From: Saccostrea cucullata
Taxonomy: Eukaryota
Assembly: GCF_032062105.1 (NCBI RefSeq)
Contig: NW_026934651.1
Span: forward strand, 1-59,494
Direction: 5' to 3'
DNA length: 59,494 bases
The position numbers and the translations under genes were made by a program. A model generated the notes under the pieces. It was not told the origin of the DNA, made no database searches, and was given only the letters and a program-made list of their open reading frames with translations. Positions 35,687 through 46,498 of this stretch are shown here, one piece after another; within the stretch, counting starts at the first letter, position 1, and each line of letters begins with the position of its first letter.

Positions 35687-37064
35687 AAACTTCAAGACAA
35701 TGTCCGAAATGCCCTCATTAATGACCTATGCAGTATCAGACGATTACCACCTGGGCGGCCAATTATTGCTCAGTGCAATACACCAACGAGGAAAATTGGG
35801 GCATATTGTGACTACTTTCTTATCCCCATCGTACAAAAACAATTAACCTATATCAAGGACACTACTGATTTTATCAATAAGATCGAATGTTTAGAACTCC
35901 CGTCGGATGCGTTACTAATCACTTACGATGTAACCAGCATGTATACAAATATGGAATTTGAAGAACTACTAAATGCCGTCAGGAATGCTTACAACAACGC
36001 GGATAAAAGCAACTCAGACATCCCGTATCCTGATGTGGACGACTTAATTTTTCTTCTCAGATGCGTATTAGAAAACAATTTCTTTGAATTTAACGGAAAA
36101 TTCTACAAACAAATCATAGGCTGCAGCATGGGCGCAGTACCTTCCCCCGGAAATCTCAGACATGAGAATGTACGAAATTACGCAGTTTATTGAATCTAAA
36201 TTTCAACATGTCAACAAAATTCTGTTTCATGGCAGATTTAGGGATGATGGATTCATAATCTTTAACGGAACAAAGGAAGAAATTCTAGAATTTTTTGACA
36301 TCAGTAACAGCTGTCATAAACATCTTAAATTCACATTTGAAATAGCTCACTCATCCGTAAATTTCCTGGACACAACGGTTTACAAAGGCAATAGATGTAA
36401 TCATTGTCAGAAACTTGATATCAAATCTTACATAAAACCAACTAATAATTTTCAATATCTTCATAGAAACAGTGCACACAACGCCTCTGTATTTAAAGGT
36501 TTTATCAAAGGAGAATGTATAAGACACTCCAGAAATACTAACGACCCTTCAGTTCTTAAAACAATTCTACAGGATTTCAAGGGACATCTTTCAAAGAGAG
36601 GCTATTCTGAGGAAGAAATCAACCCAATAGTTGAAGAAACAACACAGAAGGAAAGACAACTCTTTTTAAGAAGTAGAGAAAACACAAAGCCTAGCCATCC
36701 ACAGGTCATGGTTACAAAATTTAACCCTCGCATCAAAGGACTAAAAAAGCGGATTTTAAAGTACTGGAATATTTTGGAAGCAGACCCAATATGCAAAGAT
36801 CTATTCAAATCGGAACCTATCATTGCGTATAGCAAGCATAAAAACATAGGAGATCTATTGATAAAATCAAGCGTACAATAAACATGGAATATTGTTATTG
36901 GGGCCCCTGATGAGGCATATCTGTCGCCGAAACACTCTACTACTACCATTATGACTATTATTTTAATCATAACAATATCATCCTATTTCATTCAATGTGG
37001 TTTAGAGTGTCGGGTCCCAATAACTCATTATCAAGTCTGGTTGATTGATGTCGTTTATGGAAAA
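35687..37064 (+). mobile_element. PLE family A, copy 3 (5'-truncated, one frameshift near 36145)
   Basis: ORFs 35684-36193 and 36162-36881 are near-identical to the C-terminal two thirds of the 643-aa RT. The stop is at the same position and is followed by the hammerhead. Confidence 0.92.
36894..37024 (+). ncRNA. Type I hammerhead ribozyme (family A) with extended stem/loop III
   Basis: GTTATTGGGGCCC-CTGATGA-GGC(atatctgtc)GCC-GAAA-CACTCTA-(63 nt)-TAGAGTG-TC^GGGTCCCAATAAC. Stem I is 13 bp, and cleavage is predicted after 37011. Confidence 0.9.
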
Positions 37065-37702
37065 TTTTGCAACTATATGCGATAGTTAAATAAAATAATG
37101 GTTTTCAGATGTTCTTTAATCTTTATACCTCTTTTTTCAGACTGAAAAATGCGAACAATTCAACATTTAAGAAGAGACGACCCAGATATCAAATTTAACA
37201 ACTCATTTTTCATACAAAGAGAAGTTTACAGGAAACTGTGTTTCTCATCAACAGTAAGTTATTTAAAAGTTAAGGAGAAAAGGAAAACCCGGATACTTGA
37301 ACGCCCTTATGGAAACTCTAATAATACTTAAAGGAATTTAATAAGATACAGGCCAATTTCAGTAACCTGCATAAAAGAAATCAAGCATACTATTATACTG
37401 TTAATATAAAAAATAGAAAATGTGGCTTTGGGTGTCTAAAAATAATGGAAGCAGGAGGTTTCCAGCATTCAATATATATTCTATCTGATAGCTTGAAAAA
37501 GTCTTACCTATTATCTTCTGTCTTCTGAAAAAGTTACGGACAATAAAAAACAATATAATGAGATTTTCATGAAAAGGGATTAAAAAAAAACTTCTGTGTT
37601 TGGTATTACAATTAGAAATCTATGTAATCAAATATCTTAAAGCGTTTGATGCAGTTCAGTAAAATTGAATGCAAATGGAAAACCTTTATAATAAAGACTA
37701 AA

Positions 37703-37738
37703 CAGGTGAGCTAAATTAACTATTGCATGTTATAAAAG
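37703..37738 (+). promoter_or_regulatory. Conserved C1q core promoter, copy 4
   Basis: CAGGTGAGCTAAA...TATAAAAG, shared with the three paralogues. Confidence 0.6.
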
Positions 37739-37845
37739 AATCAACTCAGTTAAATTAGAACATATAGCCTGATCGAGTGAGCTACCAAGCAGTACCAACT
37801 GAAAAGGACGAAATTTATAAGTTTTCAAGCGATTAGATTTCCAAA

Positions 37846-38765
37846 ATGCTCCTCTATCATCTACCCCTCCTCTTTGCCATAGTATCAACGGCTGAACTGA
37901 CCACCCTCCTGAAAGGTCGGAATCTGACCAGTCTGGAAGAACGTCTGTCAAAGACAGAACAACGACTGAACGCTACAGAGCGAGTCTTAGGGCAGCTACT
38001 GACAGGAGGAAACGATGTCGATCTGCCATCATTGGATGTACTTGCTCTCAGATCTGGTAAGATTATTTTATAGACGGGATCAAATTAGTTGTTTTATTTA
38101 AAGCCACCAAGTAATTGAAAAGAGTACATATGTATTTTGATTTAAAAAATTATTAAATAAAAAGTAAAAAGAAAAGAAATTTTCTTAAGTTTTAATTATG
38201 ATTATGTCTTTAAGAGAATATTACTGTTATCAAATAAAAAACTAAGTATAAGAATGTGAATTTGAATGACACACTAAGAAAAACAATTGAAATTATCGAA
38301 AACAAAATTCAATTGTCATAAATTTTTATTTTAGGTGTTCTAGTCGATCAGTCAGATACTGTTCTTTTTTCTGCATACAAATCCTCAACTACAAGCGGTA
38401 TTAGTACCCGGACAGTCATAAGATTTGAACAGACGTACATCAACATAGGAAACCACTACCACACAGAAGACGGGATCTTTATTGCTCCTAAGACAGGCAT
38501 CTACATGTTCCACTGGACCATAGCTACAGCAGGCAGTCCCTTTCACACTCAGCTGATAGTCGGAGGTACATCTCGCGCTTCAAATTATATCCCTTATCCG
38601 GGAGGGGTAGACTCCAGTTCAGCGATGGTGATTACTAACGTGAACAAAGATGACCATGTATGGATTCAAATCTATGGATCTGGTGAGCATGTCTATGGTG
38701 GTAGTAGTGGTGTTGGAAGTAACATACAGTCCACATTTACTGGAATCCTCTTAAGGAAAACTTAA
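37846..38765 (+). CDS. Secreted C1q-domain-containing protein, copy 4 (intact, 213 aa; signal peptide, coiled coil, gC1q)
   Basis: Exons 37846-38056 and 38335-38765 joined by a phase 1 GT-AG intron give 642 nt with no internal stop. gC1q motifs VLFSAY, IRFEQTYINIGNHY, GIFIAPKTGIYMF, DDHVWIQ and STFTGILL. Confidence 0.93.
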
Positions 38766-39584
38766 CCTCAACAATGAGATACCTTGCTCTCATATTCTGT
38801 TAAAATGTAATTAGAAAAGAAATACAGCATTCAATTACATTTATGTCAGTAATAATTAAATTGCTATTGATTTCAGGGAGTACTATATCGAACCTTGTTT
38901 GAAAAATTTAAAACACCGAGTTGCTTTTGGTTGATCAAAGCAATAACTGATTTTGTTGAATGTTTGTTAAAAAAGCAAATGATTACAATTTTATATATAT
39001 GATAGAGAAACACTCTTAAAGTTAATCTTTCACTCCCTGTATTGACAATTTGCAAGAGAAATTTTCATTCTACAGACATTTATGCATCAATAAAAAATTG
39101 TTTTAACAAAATAAACGTTTGTTCAAGCGTTATTATTTAATTGAATCTTTCCTACCTCTCTTATTGGTTGATATCCAACAATGTTACCAAAATACTACGT
39201 TATGTTCAACTGCTTGTGACCTTCAAGTTGAATATAGGGATTTATTTTTCTCAAAGTTGAGAAATTCCGAATTCCGAATTGACACAAATAGTTATGGAAA
39301 GCATTTTCAGTTGCTACCGACTTAATTCATCGGTGAACATAACATTAGAAAATATATAATTTTAGAAGGATGTTTGGGGAAGGCTAAGGCTGGCCCTCAC
39401 TAATATATTAATAGACTTATACTCCGTAGTCAATACAGTTCCACATCTTCGCCGCTCTCCCTTGACCTACGGTGCTAAAAAGCGAGATTTTTTTTTCTCT
39501 CGAGTCGTAATTGGAGTAGATTGATATTGTTAGACCGATCAAAAATTGCTTTTTCACAATAACGATTATTGCGTTCTAGATATA

Positions 39585-39787
39585 CTGTAAAATCACACAT
39601 TATCATGGGGTCAAGGTTTCGTGGTTTTAGGAAAAACTCTTGGTTCGTAGGTTTGATTTCGTGGATGTAGAATTGTTGAGTAGTTATGTATGTCATATTT
39701 TACATTTCGTGGTGGACTTGAATTCGTGGGTCGATTCAAACCTCGAAATAACGAAAATTAAATCTCCAAGAGAATTTGTGTTTTACG
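39585..39787. mobile_element. Degenerate Tc1/mariner-type MITE
   Basis: Left end TA|CTGTAAAATCAC, decayed right end GTGTTTTAC, internal TTCGTGG repeats. Confidence 0.55.
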
Positions 39788-39932
39788 ATGCAATACGAAA
39801 ATATTGTCAACCAAAAGTTTATCAAACTGCATTTCTTGTTAAGAATTTCCCGTTTTTTGTTCGGCACCAATAATTTCTTATCCATTCTAGCTGGATTCGG
39901 CAGAAGTGAAGAAAACACACGTTCTGCTCATA

Positions 39933-42900
39933 TACCGGTGTAAAGACGAATAATGACCCCCATCGAATAATGACCGGGGGTCATTTTTCGACGGCGAGAA
40001 ATGACCTCCGGTCATTATTCGACGTCGAAAAATGACCCTTTTGGCTGTAGAAAAAGTGTCACAATCCTAAAAATTTGCAGAACCCACGTGAAGAAAAATG
40101 ACCCCCGTAGAAAAATGACTCCCTGTTGATTAAAACTGAAATTTTCAGGGGGCAAAAAAAAAAAAAATTAGATAAAGAAGCATATTGGCCAAAATGCTCA
40201 CCTGAGCTTATTTTGAATAAATTAATGATATGTTGATCTCATAACATACGATTATAGCTATATTTTAAGGTCTATGCGATGATTCAGAATCTAAAGGAGT
40301 AAATATTTATCGAGCCTAAAGGGTTGGGTAAACATTGTTTTTCGATGGTGGGAATCATCGTACTGACAGAAAAAATCAGCAGTATCATATATTATTTGAT
40401 TCTCCGCTTGAAAAGCGGGAGGATACATAGTGGGATATGTTGGGATGTCCGTCCGTCTGTTACGCTTTGGGGTATCCATCTGTTATCCGCAACTCCTCTT
40501 ATATATAAAAAGATGTATTTGTAAAACAGCTATTCCCCTGTATGGCAACATACCGAAGATTAAACTTTTCTTAAAGGCAATTTAAATATAATGGTATTCA
40601 AAGTAGGGTCTTCTCACAAGAAATACAATTGCGAAATAGGAAAGCCCTAGCACCACTTGTTCAAAATTAATGGCTAAGGATAAGTGTTTGAAAGGTAGGT
40701 CAAACTCAAAGGTCAAGGGGTCAAAGTTGATGGTTTCTTAAGAAAGGTTTAATGTAACAAGGATTACATTTGTGAAGTATGAGAGTACTAGTATCTACAG
40801 TTTAAAAGTTATAGCCATTAAAAATTTGGCATTTTTGTGTAAAATGGAACAAACTCCAAGGTAAAGGTCAAAAGGCCAAAGTAAATTAATTAAAAATTTG
40901 GCATTTTTGTGTAAAATGGGACAAACTCCAAGGTAAAGGTCAAAAGGTCAAATTTGGTGGCACCCAAAGTAAGGTCTTGTCACAAGGAATGTACACAAAT
41001 TGAATGTGAAAGACATAGCTACAATAAATAAAAAATTATTGTAATGGTTAAAGTTTTTGCGGAGAAACAGACCGCCAGATATACAGACAGACATACAGAC
41101 GGACACGATAAAACTATATACACCCGAATCTTCGATTACAGGGACGTAAAAAGAAATGGTCTTCAATTAACTTTTCATATTATGATACAGCATAAAGAAG
41201 ACGTTACAAAAATGAAAATGTTTGTTCTGATTTTCATATTAAATTCTCTGAAAAATATGCTCAGAACTGGGTAAAATCGTGGAGTAAAACAAGAATTAAG
41301 AAATGTAATGAATACTGTGTGCTAAATTAAAAGGTTATGTCTACATGTATAGTTTTTGCATTAGAATGTGTATTTTACACTAGCCCATAGCTTTACATAG
41401 CATATTTTTAGGTGTTATACCCACCCCACCCCCTTACTTATTTAGGAGGAAGTTGATTATCAACAAAAGCAACGACCAAAAAAAAAAAACAACTACATTA
41501 CCTTTATTTTTCTATAAGGAGGCACTAAAAATAAGCTTAAAATAATCTACTATTCTACTAATTTTCAACTGTTACTCTGCCACAATGCCTTCAAGTATAC
41601 CCCCACCAACATTTAAAGTATGCTTTAATCATGGCGAAGTAAATTATGATATGATTGAACTTGTGTGAAGGCTTAACTTCATTTCAATATTTTATCTAGA
41701 GCCTCTTTCAGTATTATTGAAAGGTATAAAGTTTTATTCATATTTTTGCTTTTCATTTATTTTTTGTTTGTTTTGATTTAAGGTAATTTTTTTTTTTGGG
41801 GGGGGGGGGTAAAAATTTCCTCCCCTTTCATTGTCAAATAGGATTTGCCAAACTTATACAAGCTACATGTTGAAATGAAGGAAAAATTATTTTTTCTATT
41901 AAAGAGTATTGGAATCTGATTGTTGCATGGTTTGATTTCTAAAAACAAATGGAATATCATTCTTTAAGCAAACACTATAAGGAGGAATAGACTGAAAGGA
42001 AAAAGAAACGCATAATAAACTTTTGAATAAAATTAAAACTTTTATTTACAATATGTTTTCCAGTATTGTTATCAAACATTTTAATTCAACTTTAAACAAC
42101 AAGTAACCGAAATCTTGTATGACTTTGACTGATAATTCCTATAAGTTATTGAAATTGATATGTCGATACCCCCCAAAATTAAAATAAAAATTCTCATCAT
42201 CTCCTTTGCGTATCAGTAACAGCCTTGATTTTCTTGTGCATTGAGTTCACCATGAGCAATAATCTTTTTCAAGGATTATCATTCAAGCCTTCCGACGGTA
42301 GTCTTAATGGTTGAGAGTAGCTGTATTATTTCAAAGCTAACAAATCCCTCCGCACAATAAATCCCACGAATTTTCGATTTAGGATAGAATTTACAGAATC
42401 TAGCTAATTCGGTACACGTGAATGTTTGTAAGGAAGTATCGACAAATACTGGCTACATTTTCTCAGCGTAAACATGCTAAAAACAATACGCATACGGCGT
42501 GTACGTGCGCGTGTGAGAGTAAAATCGACGTAAAGTTGCCAAGCTTGCGTACCAAATTAGAGCAGAGAGTTTCTGTCAGTATTAGGGTGAAAATATGAGT
42601 AGGATTGCCTGCCGTAAAAATATCGGATTCAGTGATAATGACTTGACAATAATCGAGGTAGCATGATGAAAAGCCCTATCTTGATGTGACGTTGTTACGC
42701 TCCGACGTCATCCACATGGTTGGTTGGCGACGTCATCCACATGGTTGGTTGGAAACCTTTTAAGTTACTCTCTGACAACCGAAAAAACTTTTTGGTCGCA
42801 AAAATCAAAATAAACTGCACAGCAACATGTTGTTGCCTTTTTATTCACTTATGCAACTCAATTACTAGACCCAATGTAACTTCCGTCAGCCATACCATGA

Positions 42901-43410
42901 TTGCAAGAAATTTATACTGACTGCAAAAATCGGAAAACGATGTCTATAACTCTAATGCATCTCTTGGCACTACAAAATGTGATCACAAAATTGTCATCAT
43001 CAACATGCACATGTATTTGGCTTTTTATCACTTCTCCTACGTGACGCCTTACATTTCATGGTTGAGTAATTTTGACCAGCGATTTTAGTGCACAGTAACC
43101 AAATTACACATCTTACCAATTTTCATAATTTTCGGCCACATAGTTAAATTTTTTTCGCTATTATGCTATTATGCGTTTCTTTTCCCTTTCAGTATATTAC
43201 TTGACAATTAAAGAATCTCTTCACTTTAAAGGGGGTCATTTTTCAATGGGGGTCAATTTTTTATAGGACTAACATATAAAATAATGACCCCTAGGACACT
43301 TTTTCTACAAAAAATGATTTTTTTCTACGGGTAGGGGGTCATTTTTTGTCGTTGAAAAATGACCCCCGGTCATTTTTCGATGGAGGTCATTATTCATCTT
43401 TACACCGGCG
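39933..43410. mobile_element. Large non-autonomous TIR DNA element
   Basis: CCGGTGTAAAGA.GAATAATGACC at 39935 and its inverse ending at 43408, TA flanks, and inverted subterminal AAATGACCCC arrays at both ends. Confidence 0.8.
40397..41152. mobile_element. Nested HINE-like fragments in opposite orientations
   Basis: A 5' hairpin plus GTCC/GTCT microsatellite appears on the plus strand at 40400-40460 and on the minus strand at 41150-41080. AAGGTCA cores and a 72-bp tandem duplication at about 40817-40952. Confidence 0.6.
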
Positions 43411-44035
43411 TACTAGCTTGATGTTATTGTATGTTTATGCTTAATTTTCAGATTCTTTAATCACTCTTTAATCACTCGCTCTGTAAATCGTTTTGTCTAT
43501 ACTTATTGTCTCAAATCCTTCCTCCAGTGCAGTGATCTGTTGACACGAAAAATGTTAACATGATTGCTTCTCTTCGCCATTGGACCATTAGTTACTAAGT
43601 CAAAATTGAGATTTAAACAAGTAAAATTGAAAAAAAGAATAGTTGCCTGTAGAAATATAGAATCACGGTAAATGCATTTTAAATAGAAAAAAATAGCCTG
43701 TGAATATATAAAGATAAACATTAAGTTAACAATAATGACCTTCATGAGGATGTTTATTGAAGTAATCTATGATATAAATACATTCTATCTGATATACTTT
43801 GTATATCACATTATAATATCACTTTTATAAAAATACTATAATCTTAAAGCATGTTAATTGTATTTGACATATCAAGTATTATAAAAATAAATGCTACAAT
43901 CTTAGAACATTTAGGTATCATTGGCAAATCAGTATAGTCTGTAAACAAATCTGTATTATTTTCAGATAAATACAAAATTTAGTAAGCATAAATCGATATA
44001 CATTCTATAAAAGATAAGTAAAAATATGAGAAAGA

Positions 44036-44315
44036 CAGCAAAAAGGAAGAAAAAGTGTTGTAACGTTAAGTTCCGTAAAGCATTGTAAAACCAATTCTTT
44101 TTATACAAATTTGACTGAAATAGCAATAATACCAATCTGGATTTCTAAAACGACCGAAGACACACTGTAACACATAAATCTTTGTTTCCATTATGCTGAA
44201 ATCATTTTCTGAAAGTTGATTTAATGTTTCCTACTCAACTTTTAACACTTCCCTTTACCTTCAGTTAAATCAGACAAACATCAATACGGTCACAAACTCA
44301 GCATGCAGTTTTAAA
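44036..44315 (+). repeat. Diverged direct repeat of about 280 bp (second copy about 45513-45797)
   Basis: Colinear similarity: aaaggaag..tgtaac..aagcattg..tacaaatt.gact.aaatagc..ttttctgaaa.ttgattt..cacttcc..agacaaaca..atacggt..catgcagt. Confidence 0.75.
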
Positions 44316-46498
44316 AGTTCTTAGAGAGTAATCTGTCGCTGCTTAAAGATACTTTCTGTTTACTTTTAAGTTTTATTGCAAACGTGGCTTTCCTCTCTTA
44401 AGGGAAGCTAGTTACTTTTCCGTTCAATAGTAATACCATTAAACTTCAGTAACACAAAAAGTTTGACAAACTTATCGACAACAAAAAAAAAAAAAAAAAA
44501 GCTGTAGAATATTTCCTTTGCTCAAGAACAAAATTATTTCTATAGCTAAACAGGTTCGCGTAATCATGACTTATTTATTTTAATTTTTCATCAAATAGAA
44601 TTTTTACCTCAAAATGTAACTTTTAAATAATAGCCATAACGATTGTTGGTTACAGCATTCAAAAATTCTATCTTTATTATGTCAGTCAGTGGATTTGTAT
44701 TAAACTAAAAAGTCGAAATAAAAAAAAAGATATGTGCAGGTTAATTATGAAACTTTGGTAACATCAGAGGTTGGTTCAGATCTCATTGGGAAGTAAGCAT
44801 CGTTGTCTATACCGATCATACCCACCATATTTTCTTTGTTTAACTTAAAATGAAAATGACATCAGCTTAACCATCAATGGCGTTTTTGAATGACAAAAAG
44901 TACCAATTCATTGATTTTCACAGAAAATTCTAAATGTCTCCTTTTTTCAACACAGATTTTGTTGAGAATTTTTCCTTAAGAGCAACACTCATTATATAAC
45001 TGTGACTTTTTATGGGTTGAATTTCTTTTTTTTCCAGAGCATCCTTTCTGATCTTAACGACTACTAATCAATTCTTATTAGTTCTGTTTCTTTTTTTATT
45101 GTTGAATCGTCATATCGTTCATACCTTTATCAAATGAAGCTTTAAAACAAAAATCTTGAAAAAAAATATCAATGAAACAAACGTATTACCATGTTCCTCA
45201 TCGTCAGTAATGAGACCAAGATTGAAATTAAAAAAAAATGGTAATAGAATATTTGATAATATGATTTTATTATCAATTATTTTTTTAATTAAATATACTT
45301 TGAATTTCAAATATAACCTTTAATAAAAATAATGCGATCATATTAATTGTATCTGAAATATCCAGTCAAGACTAATAAAATTGAACAAAAGAATCTTAGA
45401 TCATATAGAAAATCAAATCATCTTCTATAGTAATAAAAATAATCAGTATTACTTTCTGTTAAATGTATGAGTTCGTATACCTTCTAGAAATAATGTTACA
45501 TTGGAAGCAAGTCAGCGAAAAGGAAGTTAAATCTTTGTAACCTTTAGTTCAGTGAAGCATTGAAAACAAATCTTTTTTTTTAATACAAATTCGACTAAAA
45601 TAGCGATTTGGATTTCCAAAATGCCTTGGGACAGAAGGCATAATGTAACACATACAATTCTACTTCTTTGTTGCAACTATGTTGAATTTATTTTCTGAAA
45701 TTTGATTTGATGTCTCATACTTATCCTTTCACACTTCCGTTTACTAACAGTTTCAATTAGACAAACACCTATACGGTAAAATGTGTAACATGCAGTGTTG
45801 GTTTCATAGCGCGTAGGAAATTACCTGTGACTGTAAGTAGTGTAATTGATTTGTTTAGGCTTCGTTTATCTACGTGTGTTTTAGATGTAGTATATAATCT
45901 TAAGACTTATTTTCCGACATACTTTTAAGAAATTTTGGAAGTCTAGACACAGTATTTTATCCTGTTTATTGAATATTAATCAGTTGTGTTTACATTCGTT
46001 CCAATGAAGACATAATTCAGTTAGTAATTAATTTTTCCACTCCCTTATCGAGGTCTGTGCATGATTTATACAATAAAACGACGAACAATAAATAAATTCT
46101 CTTTAAGTAAAAACGAACTAGTCTCATTGAATTAATCAATCTAAACAACTTAAGGGTTACAAGTATTGTGTTCTAAAGGGAAAAGAAGATTATTTTGGAA
46201 AAAATGAAGAAAACACATCCGCACAACGAAGGTGCCATAAATACAGTGTATGTCATACTAATTGCAATATTGCTTGAAAGAATTGTTGATATTTTTTTTT
46301 TTACAAAAGGTCAAAAAGGAAAAAAAATATAACCTTTTTTTCAGAAAGAACAAGTAAGATATAAAATATAAAAGAAAGATCATTGATGACAAGAGTTATG
46401 TATTCAATTACCGATGTAACTGCCATGAAAATGGCTTATGATGAGAGATTTAAATTCTTGGCGTAATTACAGGTATCTTCAAGTTGTAAAGGAATGAG

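Larger units (their letters stand above)
33086..35691 (+). mobile_element. Decayed Penelope-like element family B, a hammerhead-bounded monomer
   Basis: Identical 52-nt terminal repeats (33086-33137 and 35640-35691). Broken RT motifs (TKRELSSL..KAD, LHKI, VTSLYTNV, YKQII..AMGS, PIVS...NLSNML) and a hammerhead at 35546-35644. Confidence 0.8.

Noticed and set aside
22480-37080. Telomere-attached Athena/Terminon-type element
   Set aside because: No telomeric repeat arrays appear at any junction, and the complex sits between ordinary genes.
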